The notes below the pieces were generated by a model. That model had not been told where the DNA came from. It made no database searches and was given only the letters and a program-made list of their open reading frames with translations. A program made the translations under genes and the position numbers. Shown piece after piece: positions 39,658 to 47,170 of a DNA stretch of 58,406 bases. Source of the stretch: a virus. Where the stretch lies: positions 1-58,406 of the IMG/VR virus record IMGVR_UViG_3300042196_000102. One strand, 5' to 3'. How positions within the stretch are numbered: position 1 is the stretch's first letter; the number at the start of each line of letters is the position of its first letter.

Positions 39658-40842
39658 TTACTCCTTTGCGAGTGGTTCTTGGGGTTCCTTCTGCGTCTGG
39701 CCGCTCGCGTGTTCCAGCCGCACCCCGTACTCATCCAACTTGGTCCTGATCGCCTCCCGCAACTGGAACCACGGGAAGCTGGCTGCCCCGTCTGGTCGCG
39801 GTGGCAAGAATCCAGTGACCGAATCGTCATACACCACTATCTTGTAGCGGTGGGCGAAATTGGCGAGGGATGCCGCGATCTGCTGAATGGCCGTGTTGAG
39901 GCGCCTCCGGTACTTTTCCACCAGATTAGCGCGCCGGCCTGCAAATGTGGGTACGGGACGCTGCTCAGCCTTCTGGTCCTCGGCCAGCCTTTGCCTCTTC
40001 CGGTCGTACTCTTGAATCCAGCGGCGCAGGTGGTCACCGTTGTAGATCCAAGGCCGGTCCCGCTCCGGGTCCACCGCAACCAGCAACTTGTCGGCACAGG
40101 TCCGCACGTGTAGCTCCCCAGACTGCTCCCCCGTGCGGTCCTGTCGGGGCAACCAGGCAACCATCTTGCACAGGATCTGCCCGTCGTTGTGGCGCAGGAT
40201 TGCCGCTTCCCCCCGGATTGCCGATCCGTCTACCATCTGACGGATGGCTGCCACCTGTCGCCGGTAACGAAGCCCTCCACGTAGGCGTAACTCCCAGCGC
40301 TTGCCCCCAATGCGCCCGGAGAACACGGGGCGGTTGCCACTATCGAAGCCGATGGACCAGGATTGGTTGTGGATCGGGAAAGGCTGTGGGTAGCGGCAAG
40401 TGGGTAGGGAGGCCCCAGCCGTCCACACAACCTCATAGCGCCGCTTGCGGTACTTGCGCTGGATTGCTTGTTCCAGAGACGCTACCGATTGCGGGGTCAG
40501 GTTGGGGAACTGGCGGCGGGCCTCAGGGTAGAGGTACTGGTGGGGCATGGAGGGCATTTTCTCTTGCCCGTCACGCCGCACGTCTCCGGTATAGAGTTGG
40601 GTCATCATCCAGTTGGAGCATTGAGTGGTCTGGACCCACATCTGCTTGAGGGCGGTACGCAACTCCTCCCAAGCGCCGCTCAGTGGTTCCGCGACCGGCA
40701 TGGTGGTGGCACGGAGGAGGTAGCGGGAGGCCCAACAGTCCGGGCAGTATACTGCGACGGGATCGGTTTGAGGGCGACGGTGCCAGCCGTGGGGCAGGCG
40801 CTTGTCGAGTTTGTGCTTACGGTCACAACCGGTGCAGCCCAT
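39658..40842 (-). CDS. Compact TnpB/Cas12-like protein lacking the RuvC-III / C-terminal Zn-finger region (candidate nuclease-dead RNA-guided effector)
   Basis: 394 aa. ATG 40842 follows GAGGAGG with a 7-nt gap. The N terminus has C3-x2-C6 ... C33-x2-C36. LLVAVD258 and KIVVYD339D are spaced about 80 aa apart, like the RuvC-I and RuvC-II strands. WFQLREAIRTKLDEYGV follows, and the ORF ends 55 aa after D339 with no CxxC pairs or third catalytic Asp motif. The homology is judged by eye only. Confidence 0.5.
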   Translation of the reverse strand: MGCTGCDRKHKLDKRLPHGWHRRPQTDPVAVYCPDCWASRYLLRATTMPVAEPLSGAWEELRTALKQMWVQTTQCSNWMMTQLYTGDVRRDGQEKMPSMPHQYLYPEARRQFPNLTPQSVASLEQAIQRKYRKRRYEVVWTAGASLPTCRYPQPFPIHNQSWSIGFDSGNRPVFSGRIGGKRWELRLRGGLRYRRQVAAIRQMVDGSAIRGEAAILRHNDGQILCKMVAWLPRQDRTGEQSGELHVRTCADKLLVAVDPERDRPWIYNGDHLRRWIQEYDRKRQRLAEDQKAEQRPVPTFAGRRANLVEKYRRRLNTAIQQIAASLANFAHRYKIVVYDDSVTGFLPPRPDGAASFPWFQLREAIRTKLDEYGVRLEHASGQTQKEPQEPLAKE

Positions 40843-40890
40843 TCAAGTCCTCCTCAGTTTGTACTTTGACCATTTCCCATAAGGGCCAAA

Positions 40891-40949
40891 GGGGGAAATG
40901 GGGAGGGGGTAAGGGGGTGGGGGAGAGGGGGTGGGGAAGGGGAAAGGGG
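40891..40949 (+). repeat. Nine consecutive G4-5 tracts (G-quadruplex-prone; C-rich on the coding strand)
   Basis: G runs of at least 4 lie at 40891, 40900, 40905, 40913, 40919, 40927, 40933, 40939 and 40946, within the 141-bp intergenic region upstream of the effector-like gene. Confidence 0.8.
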
Positions 40950-40983
40950 ACTTGGTTTCCACCCTGCAAATGGAAAAGGGAAG

Positions 40984-41280
40984 TCACCTCTTGCCCCCAA
41001 TCTGCCCCGGCATCCTTAGTCCCAACTCGTCTACCCGCAGACTCCGTAAGCGTCTCTCCATCCACCCCCGTTCATCCGCCGTAAATCCAGGCTCCGGCTC
41101 TAGGACCTCATCCACCGTGGCCTCATCTACCACCTGTGGAAACTCGTGGAGTGTCACTGCCGTGATGGTCCCTCTGGGCAGGTCTACCCGGCCATGGATT
41201 GACCGGGCAACCGTAGCCTCAACCCACTCCCGCTCCCCCTCGTACTGGATAATGCGAAGTACTCTCACACGATCACTCAT
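40984..41280 (-). CDS. Hypothetical protein (98 aa)
   Basis: ATG 41280 (MSDRVRVLRI...) overlaps the upstream gene's end by 8 nt. Confidence 0.5.
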   Translation of the reverse strand: MSDRVRVLRIIQYEGEREWVEATVARSIHGRVDLPRGTITAVTLHEFPQVVDEATVDEVLEPEPGFTADERGWMERRLRSLRVDELGLRMPGQIGGKR

Positions 41281-41578
41281 TGCCTTCACCCTTTTGTTGT
41301 TGCTCCTCCCGGTGCATTGGGCTACCTGTAAATGGGTCGGCGCGCAGGATACCCCCAACTTCCACCCCCAACGCAAAGAACGTCACGATCAGTGTCCCGG
41401 TCTGCACAGCCGGCTTCCGCTTCACCAGCGCTATCAGCAGTTGGTCAAGGAAAGCCTTCCACTCCGGGCACTGGGTCAGGGCCTCCTCAACCTGTGTCAT
41501 CTCGGCTTCCCGCTGCTCGTCCGACCGTGGGCGGCAGAAATGGAGGATGCCTTGGGCAACCTGTTCTTTGGTCAACAT
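41273..41578 (-). CDS. Hypothetical protein (101 aa)
   Basis: The ORF is coupled to its neighbours. It has one hydrophobic segment, LIVTFFALGVEVGGIL. Confidence 0.5.
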   Translation of the reverse strand: MLTKEQVAQGILHFCRPRSDEQREAEMTQVEEALTQCPEWKAFLDQLLIALVKRKPAVQTGTLIVTFFALGVEVGGILRADPFTGSPMHREEQQQKGEGNE

Positions 41579-42096
41579 CAGCGCCGTCCTCCCTTACCCC
41601 GTACCGGCCCAGTGGCTGGGATCTTGAGCTTACCCGCCCCCTTCCCCCCGCTGAACAGTTCACGGTACCGCCGCTCCAGTTCCCGCCATACCCCGTCGCT
41701 GCCTTCCCTGCGCAGGATCTCAAACACTTCATACGCCTGCAACCCAGACCCAACGTAGTAGCAGGGCTTGCCGTCCAGCCACTCACAACTGTCCTCAATC
41801 AACGATTGCCCCTTGTACCGAGGAATTGGACTGTGGTAGCCAACATCGGCGGGCATAGGGGTACTCACATATCCTCGTGCCTCTAACTCCTTGGTGACGT
41901 GAGGTAGCTGCCAGTCAGTAAGCACAACAAACTGGATGGCTCCGGCAGGCCCCTTGAGCACAAATACCAACTCTACCCCGTGAATCCCATAATTCTTCTG
42001 GGGGTCATTGTCCCGCTTGTCATAAGCAGGGCGAAACAGCACGATCCGCGCCAACAACCGTCCCCCTTCTTTAGCTTGCTTAGTCTGTGTCGGCAT
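41578..42096 (-). CDS. Hypothetical protein (172 aa)
   Basis: ATG 42096 follows a strong GGAGGGAAGGAGAG SD. No motif recognised. Confidence 0.6.
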   Translation of the reverse strand: MPTQTKQAKEGGRLLARIVLFRPAYDKRDNDPQKNYGIHGVELVFVLKGPAGAIQFVVLTDWQLPHVTKELEARGYVSTPMPADVGYHSPIPRYKGQSLIEDSCEWLDGKPCYYVGSGLQAYEVFEILRREGSDGVWRELERRYRELFSGGKGAGKLKIPATGPVRGKGGRR

Positions 42097-42292
42097 TCCG
42101 TCTCTCCTTCCCTCCCTCTGGCGGTACCACACCCTCCACGGCCTCCGTGACCCTCCGCAGGCAGGCCGCGCATATCCCTACGCTGTGGCGCCAACCGGCC
42201 ACCGTGAGCACCCCCACGCGGGCCGGGGCGCGGCAATTCAGGCAGTAGGAGTCCTCGGTGCGCTGGAGGGTCAATATGGTATCGCCATTCAC
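42080..42292 (-). CDS. Small Zn-ribbon-like protein (70 aa)
   Basis: GTG 42292 overlaps the upstream TGA (GTGA). It has CLNC ... CAAC. Confidence 0.45.
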   Translation of the reverse strand: MNGDTILTLQRTEDSYCLNCRAPARVGVLTVAGWRHSVGICAACLRRVTEAVEGVVPPEGGKERRNADTD

Positions 42293-42501
42293 AGGCCCTC
42301 CTCCTCCTCCTCCCTTGCCATGAACGCTCCGCATGGGCATCCCACCTCCATGCACGCTCCGCCCCACACATCGTGCATCCCCAAGCTGTGCCCACAGACG
42401 CACAGGGTACCGTGGCCTGCATTTTGGTCCTCCAGCACCGGGTCGAAAGTGGCCCGGACCAGACGGAGGAAGGGGGCAGGGTCGCGGGGGTAGGCAATCA
42501 T
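42289..42501 (-). CDS. Small Cys/His-rich protein (70 aa)
   Basis: It has CVCGH ... CMEVGCPCG and an acidic tail. Confidence 0.5.
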   Translation of the reverse strand: MIAYPRDPAPFLRLVRATFDPVLEDQNAGHGTLCVCGHSLGMHDVWGGACMEVGCPCGAFMAREEEEEGL

Positions 42502-42719
42502 ATTGGTCCCCCCTGATGCCCCTCCCGGTCCCCCAGAACCAATTGCCTCACCAATCTCTCAAACCGGACGGCGCACGGGTGGCACAGCCAGGCGCCCCCG
42601 ACTGAGTGGGCCACGTGGACCTTGGCCGCGTTGAGGCAGGCGAAGGCTTCGCAGTAGTAGGGGCGCAACAAGAGTGGGGGCAAGCGGAGGTGGAAGTGGG
42701 AGGTTAGGAGTTGGAGCAT
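42498..42719 (-). CDS. Small Cys-rich protein (73 aa)
   Basis: It runs from ATG 42719 and has C-x3-C ... CHPC. Confidence 0.45.
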   Translation of the reverse strand: MLQLLTSHFHLRLPPLLLRPYYCEAFACLNAAKVHVAHSVGGAWLCHPCAVRFERLVRQLVLGDREGHQGGPI

Positions 42720-43006
42720 GGCCTCTCCTCCCCATCCTCGGCAATCCGCAAGGCTGTCCGGGCCTCCACACACAGCAAGCATGAGCACGTACACCCACCC
42801 GCATGCCCGTCTTTCTCAAACTGCCGCACGATCTCCAGGAGACGCGGTGCCATCCGGTGTAGAGAGCAGAAGTGGATGAATCGCTCCCTGTACACCACCT
42901 GACAATCGCGGTTGATGTCACGTGTACCCATCATCCCGCAACCACACGGTAAAGGGTTGGGGGGTATGGGCTTCGGGGTCTTGATCTTGGGCTTAGTCTG
43001 CACCAT
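42704..43006 (-). CDS. Cys-rich hypothetical protein (100 aa)
   Basis: It has CGCG, C..., CTCSCLLC clusters. Confidence 0.5.
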   Translation of the reverse strand: MVQTKPKIKTPKPIPPNPLPCGCGMMGTRDINRDCQVVYRERFIHFCSLHRMAPRLLEIVRQFEKDGHAGGCTCSCLLCVEARTALRIAEDGEERPCSNS

Positions 43007-43009
43007 GGG

Positions 43010-43213
43010 TCAGCCCCTCCACCCGCCAACCACCACGATGACCGCCAGCGCCACCACCGCAATGGCCACGAGCATAGCCAGCCCCACGCCCCGGATCGCC
43101 TGGAGCACGAGGGCCAGACACCCGGCCACCACGCACAGGATGAGGATGGCCGAGAACAGGGCGTAAGGGTCCAGCGTGGACAGACGGTCCAATTGGCTGA
43201 TTAGGGTGTCCAT
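43010..43213 (-). CDS. Small membrane protein (67 aa)
   Basis: ATG 43213 follows an AAAGGAGG SD and shares one base with the upstream TGA. It has two long hydrophobic helices. Confidence 0.55.
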   Translation of the reverse strand: MDTLISQLDRLSTLDPYALFSAILILCVVAGCLALVLQAIRGVGLAMLVAIAVVALAVIVVVGGWRG

Positions 43214-43527
43214 CACGCCTCCTTTCCCGGCACAACCACGCAGTACTGCCCGTTGTCCAGGATCGTGTCCCACTCACCCTCACCGATCCACGAGTGGTGA
43301 ATGGCCCACAGGTTTGCGGCAGCAAGAGTGGGGAAGGTGCCCACGATAAGCCAGTCCGCAATCTCGCGGAGGCGTGCCCGGTGGCGACGCGACTGCACCT
43401 TTCCTCGGCCCCGACCCTCCCCGCCGGTCCCTCGCCCTTTACCACTCCCTCCCCCTGCTTGGGGAGACGTGTGCGTGGGGGCCGGGGGGTTGGGTCGGCC
43501 TTTCCCCTTGAATCTGGTACGTTCCAT
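43213..43527 (-). CDS. Basic Gly/Arg-rich hypothetical protein (104 aa)
   Basis: ATG 43527 follows GGAGAGGAGAAA. The track start at 43608 lies inside the promoter motif. Confidence 0.5.
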   Translation of the reverse strand: MERTRFKGKGRPNPPAPTHTSPQAGGGSGKGRGTGGEGRGRGKVQSRRHRARLREIADWLIVGTFPTLAAANLWAIHHSWIGEGEWDTILDNGQYCVVVPGKEA

Positions 43528-43578
43528 TTTCTCCTCTCCCCGGCTTCGGCGCCGCCGGGGTGCGCTCACTACACCCTC

Positions 43579-43614
43579 ATCATGCCCTACCCCCACCTGA
43601 TAGTCCATACCCCC
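43579..43614 (-). promoter_or_regulatory. Conserved phage promoter motif, copy c
   Basis: The minus strand reads GGGGGTATGGACTATCAGGTGGG, with a 17-nt spacer measured from TGGACT, then CATGAT (43584-43579). Confidence 0.5.
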
Positions 43615-43694
43615 ATTTGCGGTGATCGGGGTGGTCTTTTGAGGGTATCGGCCACTGGTACGTACTAGTACGTACTACTCCCGGCACCGGACGG

Positions 43695-44057
43695 TCATTT
43701 GCCCCTCACGCTGATCGTCTCGTACTCCGTGACCGTGGTAGCGGCAACAATCTGGTCCGCCCCAACTCCCTGCTCCAGCAACCTCTCCTTGCTGATGGAG
43801 GCCCTCGACCCCGAGTAACGGATGAGCTTTTTGCCCTCCCACTCGACCGTCTTCCACCCCGCGTCCCGGAAGTCCCCCAGCAGCAGGCCCACCAGGTACT
43901 TCTTCTCAGCCTCGGCCTGCTTCAGAAGGTCGTCCAGGATCACCAACTGGGACATCCGTTCTGGGACTGTCATGTGGGCCATGTCATCAGCAATGAAGGC
44001 GTACAGGTGGCGGTCTGGTTTCCGGCCACCGTCCTCTACAACTTCCTTCCTACTCAT
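43695..44057 (-). CDS. Hypothetical protein (120 aa), possibly Gp157-like
   Basis: ATG 44057 overlaps the upstream TGA (ATGA). It has a coiled-coil N half and a beta-rich C half. The family assignment is weak. Confidence 0.4.
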   Translation of the reverse strand: MSRKEVVEDGGRKPDRHLYAFIADDMAHMTVPERMSQLVILDDLLKQAEAEKKYLVGLLLGDFRDAGWKTVEWEGKKLIRYSGSRASISKERLLEQGVGADQIVAATTVTEYETISVRGK

Positions 44058-44269
44058 CTTTCCCCCTCTTGACCGGCACACTGGCGGCACTTTACCAGCC
44101 GCCCCTCTAATCCAGTGCGCCATGGCAACTTGGATGCCTTGCGGACCACCACGTGGCCGCACTCCAGAGTCAACCAGTAAGTCCCGCCGCTGTTGCCAAG
44201 TTTGGTTCTATCGGCAAGATGAAACACATGGTCCGTCACCCTCCCCATCCTACCCAATGCTTTGCTCAT
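44054..44269 (-). CDS. Small hypothetical protein (71 aa)
   Basis: It has ECGH ... CRQC, a Zn-ribbon-like pattern. Confidence 0.5.
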   Translation of the reverse strand: MSKALGRMGRVTDHVFHLADRTKLGNSGGTYWLTLECGHVVVRKASKLPWRTGLEGRLVKCRQCAGQEGER

Positions 44270-44576
44270 CTTTCCTCCTCTTGATTGGCCGAGCTAGTTT
44301 TCCTGTGTCCAGACGCCAAGCCATCCTTGCCAGCACATCTCCATGGCACGGCTGGGGACTGCACCAGCATCCGAGCACCTTGCCCCCCAGATATGCCACA
44401 TGCTCCCTAATCCAAACAGCGTTGGGGTCATTGCTGGTTGTGACCCACTGCTCAAACAACTCAATGATTCGCTCGCGGCTACCGTCCACCCCAATTCTGA
44501 ACGGATTGCCCCAAGGCCCCGGCCTGCCGATGTACACGTCGTAGGCTTCCCTTTTGCAATGGACCACCCGCGTCAT
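44250..44576 (-). CDS. DUF4326-family protein
   Basis: 108 aa from ATG 44576 (ATGA overlap with the polymerase stop). The pattern is VHCKREAYDVYIGRPGPWGNPF ... LGCWCSPQPCHGDVL. Confidence 0.7.
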   Translation of the reverse strand: MTRVVHCKREAYDVYIGRPGPWGNPFRIGVDGSRERIIELFEQWVTTSNDPNAVWIREHVAYLGGKVLGCWCSPQPCHGDVLARMAWRLDTGKLARPIKRRKDEQSIG

Positions 44577-45874
44577 TTCTCCAGCGCCCCCCAACTCTGC
44601 GCCGCCCCCCCACTCGACTCGACCGGCACACTGAGGGGCACCGCCGTCTCCATGATCGCCCCCGCCATCCCCAGGAAGTCATCCACAATCGGGTCACTGC
44701 ACTCAAACAGCACCTCGTCGTGGATCTGGAGCAGGGGCAGGCAGGTTTCGGAAGGGTACCGCCCAAAGTACTCCACCAGCCCCCTCAACTCGTACATGAC
44801 CACCTTGATAAGCCCCGCCGCCCCTGCGCTGATGGGGTGGTTGGCCGCTTCCCTCAGCCCACGGTTGGCCACGCCCCGGTGTACACTCTTCGCCTCGGGC
44901 ACAAACCGGTGGCGCCCGAACTCGTCCCAGTTCAGCATGTACCGGCGGGCACGGGAGAAGTACTGCTCAATGAGGTCCTGCACTCCCGAGTAAAGGGCGA
45001 ACCAGCCATTGATGTAAGCCTGGCACTCCTCCTCCGTCTTCACGATCCCTTCAGCCAGCAGGCGCAACTGGAGGCCCTTGGCGGTGATGAGATACAGGAC
45101 AGCGAACCCAAGATGCTTGGCCGCGTACCTTTCGTCGGGGGTCACCTGGTCCTCGGGCTTGCTCCCCAACCCCGCAGCAGTGGCTTGGTGGATGTCCCGC
45201 CCGTCGAAGAACACCTGCACTAGTTTGGGATCTTGGGAGAGGTGGGCGACCTCGCGCATTTCGATTTGGGATAGATCCCTGCCCACAATCTTGTGTCCGG
45301 GGGATGCAATGAACCCAGCCCGGATCTCCCGACCCAATTCTGTACGGATGGGTATGTTTTGCAGGTTGGGGTCCTCACTAGCCAGCCTGCCGTTGCGGGC
45401 CGTGGTGGACTTCAACCGGGTCCTCAGCCTCCCATCCCGCCCCACCATCATGGGCAGCTTGACCACAAACACGTTCTCCAGTGTGTTCAACTCCCGGTAC
45501 TCCAGGATGTCCCCCACCACAGAGTGTTGCCCCCTCAGCCCCTCCAGGATGTCCTGGTCTGTGGACTCCCGGCTCCCGGTTGGGGTAAGGCGCATGAGGC
45601 CATGCCCGAGGCCCAACTCATCAAACAGGAGGGCGGCCACCTGGTCCCCCGACACCGGGTTGAGGTCCCGTCCCACCTGTGCCCGTATTCTCCCTTGGCA
45701 CTCCCCCTTGAGTTGCCGGATGTGGACCCCCAACTGGGCGAAGTGGGCCTGGTCCACCAAGATGCCGTTGTGGTTCATGGACTCGATGAGGGGCAGGCAG
45801 GCGTGGTCCAGGCGGAGGACATTGGCGGGGGAGGGGGCGGATAGGGGGAAGCGGCAACCGTTGGAGAGGCGCAT
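44573..45874 (-). CDS. Family A DNA polymerase, polymerase domain only (split PolA, C-terminal part)
   Basis: 433 aa. The motifs are DLSQIEMREVAH (motif A), RYAAKHLGFAVLY (motif B) and LQIHDEVLFE (motif C). RLASEDPNLQNIP is also present. Confidence 0.9.
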   Translation of the reverse strand: MRLSNGCRFPLSAPSPANVLRLDHACLPLIESMNHNGILVDQAHFAQLGVHIRQLKGECQGRIRAQVGRDLNPVSGDQVAALLFDELGLGHGLMRLTPTGSRESTDQDILEGLRGQHSVVGDILEYRELNTLENVFVVKLPMMVGRDGRLRTRLKSTTARNGRLASEDPNLQNIPIRTELGREIRAGFIASPGHKIVGRDLSQIEMREVAHLSQDPKLVQVFFDGRDIHQATAAGLGSKPEDQVTPDERYAAKHLGFAVLYLITAKGLQLRLLAEGIVKTEEECQAYINGWFALYSGVQDLIEQYFSRARRYMLNWDEFGRHRFVPEAKSVHRGVANRGLREAANHPISAGAAGLIKVVMYELRGLVEYFGRYPSETCLPLLQIHDEVLFECSDPIVDDFLGMAGAIMETAVPLSVPVESSGGAAQSWGALEK

Positions 45875-46234
45875 TCAGCAATCCACCACTGGCCCTGCGA
45901 TGGGCCACTCGGCAATTGGGTCGGCAACCTCTGGGGTGCTGTAGTAAACCAGAAAAATCCCGTATCTCACCTCAGCCTCGGCAACGTTGTACAACCGGTT
46001 GGTCTCTTCCAAAGAGTCTGGGATAAGTTCTACATTTGCTTCCACTCCCAGTAATCTGCTACGGAAGACGCTGATAGTGGCCGACAGGAGTTGGTACCCG
46101 TGGCGGGAGCTACCAGTCCTGTATCGTGGCCGCTTCTGCTTGGTGTGCACCTCTACCCAGTAGCCGTGGGGGAGTTGGAAGACCCGGACCTGAGTGACCT
46201 GCTTCTGGCCAGGTGGTGTGACCTCAATACGCAC
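45875..46234 (-). CDS. Hypothetical protein (119 aa) between the polymerase halves
   Basis: It abuts the polymerase-domain gene. No motif recognised. Confidence 0.55.
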   Translation of the reverse strand: MRIEVTPPGQKQVTQVRVFQLPHGYWVEVHTKQKRPRYRTGSSRHGYQLLSATISVFRSRLLGVEANVELIPDSLEETNRLYNVAEAEVRYGIFLVYYSTPEVADPIAEWPIAGPVVDC

Positions 46235-46260
46235 GGCTCCCCTTTATCCCTGCCTGTTCT

Positions 46261-47067
46261 TCAGCCTTTAACACTTTCAAGGAATCGGCTTTGATAACCC
46301 TGGATCGTGGCCAACGCGTGCTTGCCAGCAGTCTCAAAAGCCTGGAACATATCCAGCACTTGGGCGGTCGGAATGTCGCCCTCCTCATGTGCCTCCAACA
46401 CCCTCCGCATTGCGTTCACATTCACCATGGAGAGTGACTTGAACCTGCTTCTTAGACTGGCTTTTGCATCAGCTACAAGGCGACTGCGCACCAAGCGCCC
46501 CTTTTTCTCGCCCAATTCCTTCCGCAGTCGGTCTTCCTCTACGTTGAAATGCTTGACGGCCTCAGGGACCTTCATTTCGCCATTGAGCACGGCTTGCTTG
46601 GCTTCCCTCACTCGCTTGGCACCCTCGTTGCTCCGTACATCCGTCAAAAACCTCAGTATGATGGACTTGGGCAACGGCACAAGCTCCACAATCTGAGCCT
46701 GCTTGATGCCTTGGGAGAGCATCAACGCGATAGTGCGCCTGATATCGGAGCGGGTGATCGGTTGGGGACCCCCCATATTGGCTTTGAGAGCCGCCCCAAA
46801 CTGATGGGCGCGATCCTTGTATACCCTTACCTCACAGTCAACCTCAGTTCGATTGAGTAAGGACAGGGCTTCCAGGCGGTGCCTGCCGTCGATTACAGAA
46901 TAGTCACCATCCGGCTTTGCCGTAACTTCCAGTGGCGGCAGTTTCACCCCAGATTCATACAGTTCGGCTAATTGCAGAACTCTTTCCGGGTCTGTTGCCA
47001 CCCGGATGAAGAAGTCCACCTTCAGTAGTGCAATTGATATCGTCTTAACCATCGTAAGCTCCTTCAT
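46261..47067 (-). CDS. ParB N-terminal-domain-like (ParB/Srx) protein
   Basis: It has the VIDGRHRLEAL motif. The second ATG (47052) follows an AAGGAG SD and may be the true start. Confidence 0.7.
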   Translation of the reverse strand: MKELTMVKTISIALLKVDFFIRVATDPERVLQLAELYESGVKLPPLEVTAKPDGDYSVIDGRHRLEALSLLNRTEVDCEVRVYKDRAHQFGAALKANMGGPQPITRSDIRRTIALMLSQGIKQAQIVELVPLPKSIILRFLTDVRSNEGAKRVREAKQAVLNGEMKVPEAVKHFNVEEDRLRKELGEKKGRLVRSRLVADAKASLRSRFKSLSMVNVNAMRRVLEAHEEGDIPTAQVLDMFQAFETAGKHALATIQGYQSRFLESVKG

Positions 47068-47077
47068 GGCTCCCCCT

Positions 47078-47114
47078 ATACTACCCTACCCTTGCCTGAT
47101 AGTCAATACCCCCC
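47078..47114 (-). promoter_or_regulatory. Conserved phage promoter motif, copy b
   Basis: The minus strand reads GGGGGGTATTGACTATCAGGCAAG, with a 17-nt spacer, then TAGTAT (47083-47078). Confidence 0.6.
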
Positions 47115-47170
47115 ACTTTCAGATTCTTGGCGGCGTGCCTCCAACCCGCTCCCTGACAGAATCAGCCACC

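Noticed and set aside
39059-39749. Plus-strand track ORFs (142, 130 and 117 aa) running through the CRISPR array, with the recurring peptide AADTLSCVHYG
   Set aside because: The repeated peptide is only the translation of the 36-bp CRISPR repeat. These ORFs are artefacts of the array, not genes.
42008-42019. 12-nt match between the reverse complement of spacer 4 (39456-39494) and gene 41578-42096 (TTGTCCCGCTTG), possible self-targeting
   Set aside because: By my rough estimate of 12-mer matches for three or four spacers against both strands of 58 kb, a hit like this is expected about as often as not. Spacer 3 has a similar 11-nt chance match near 9051. This is not evidence of targeting.
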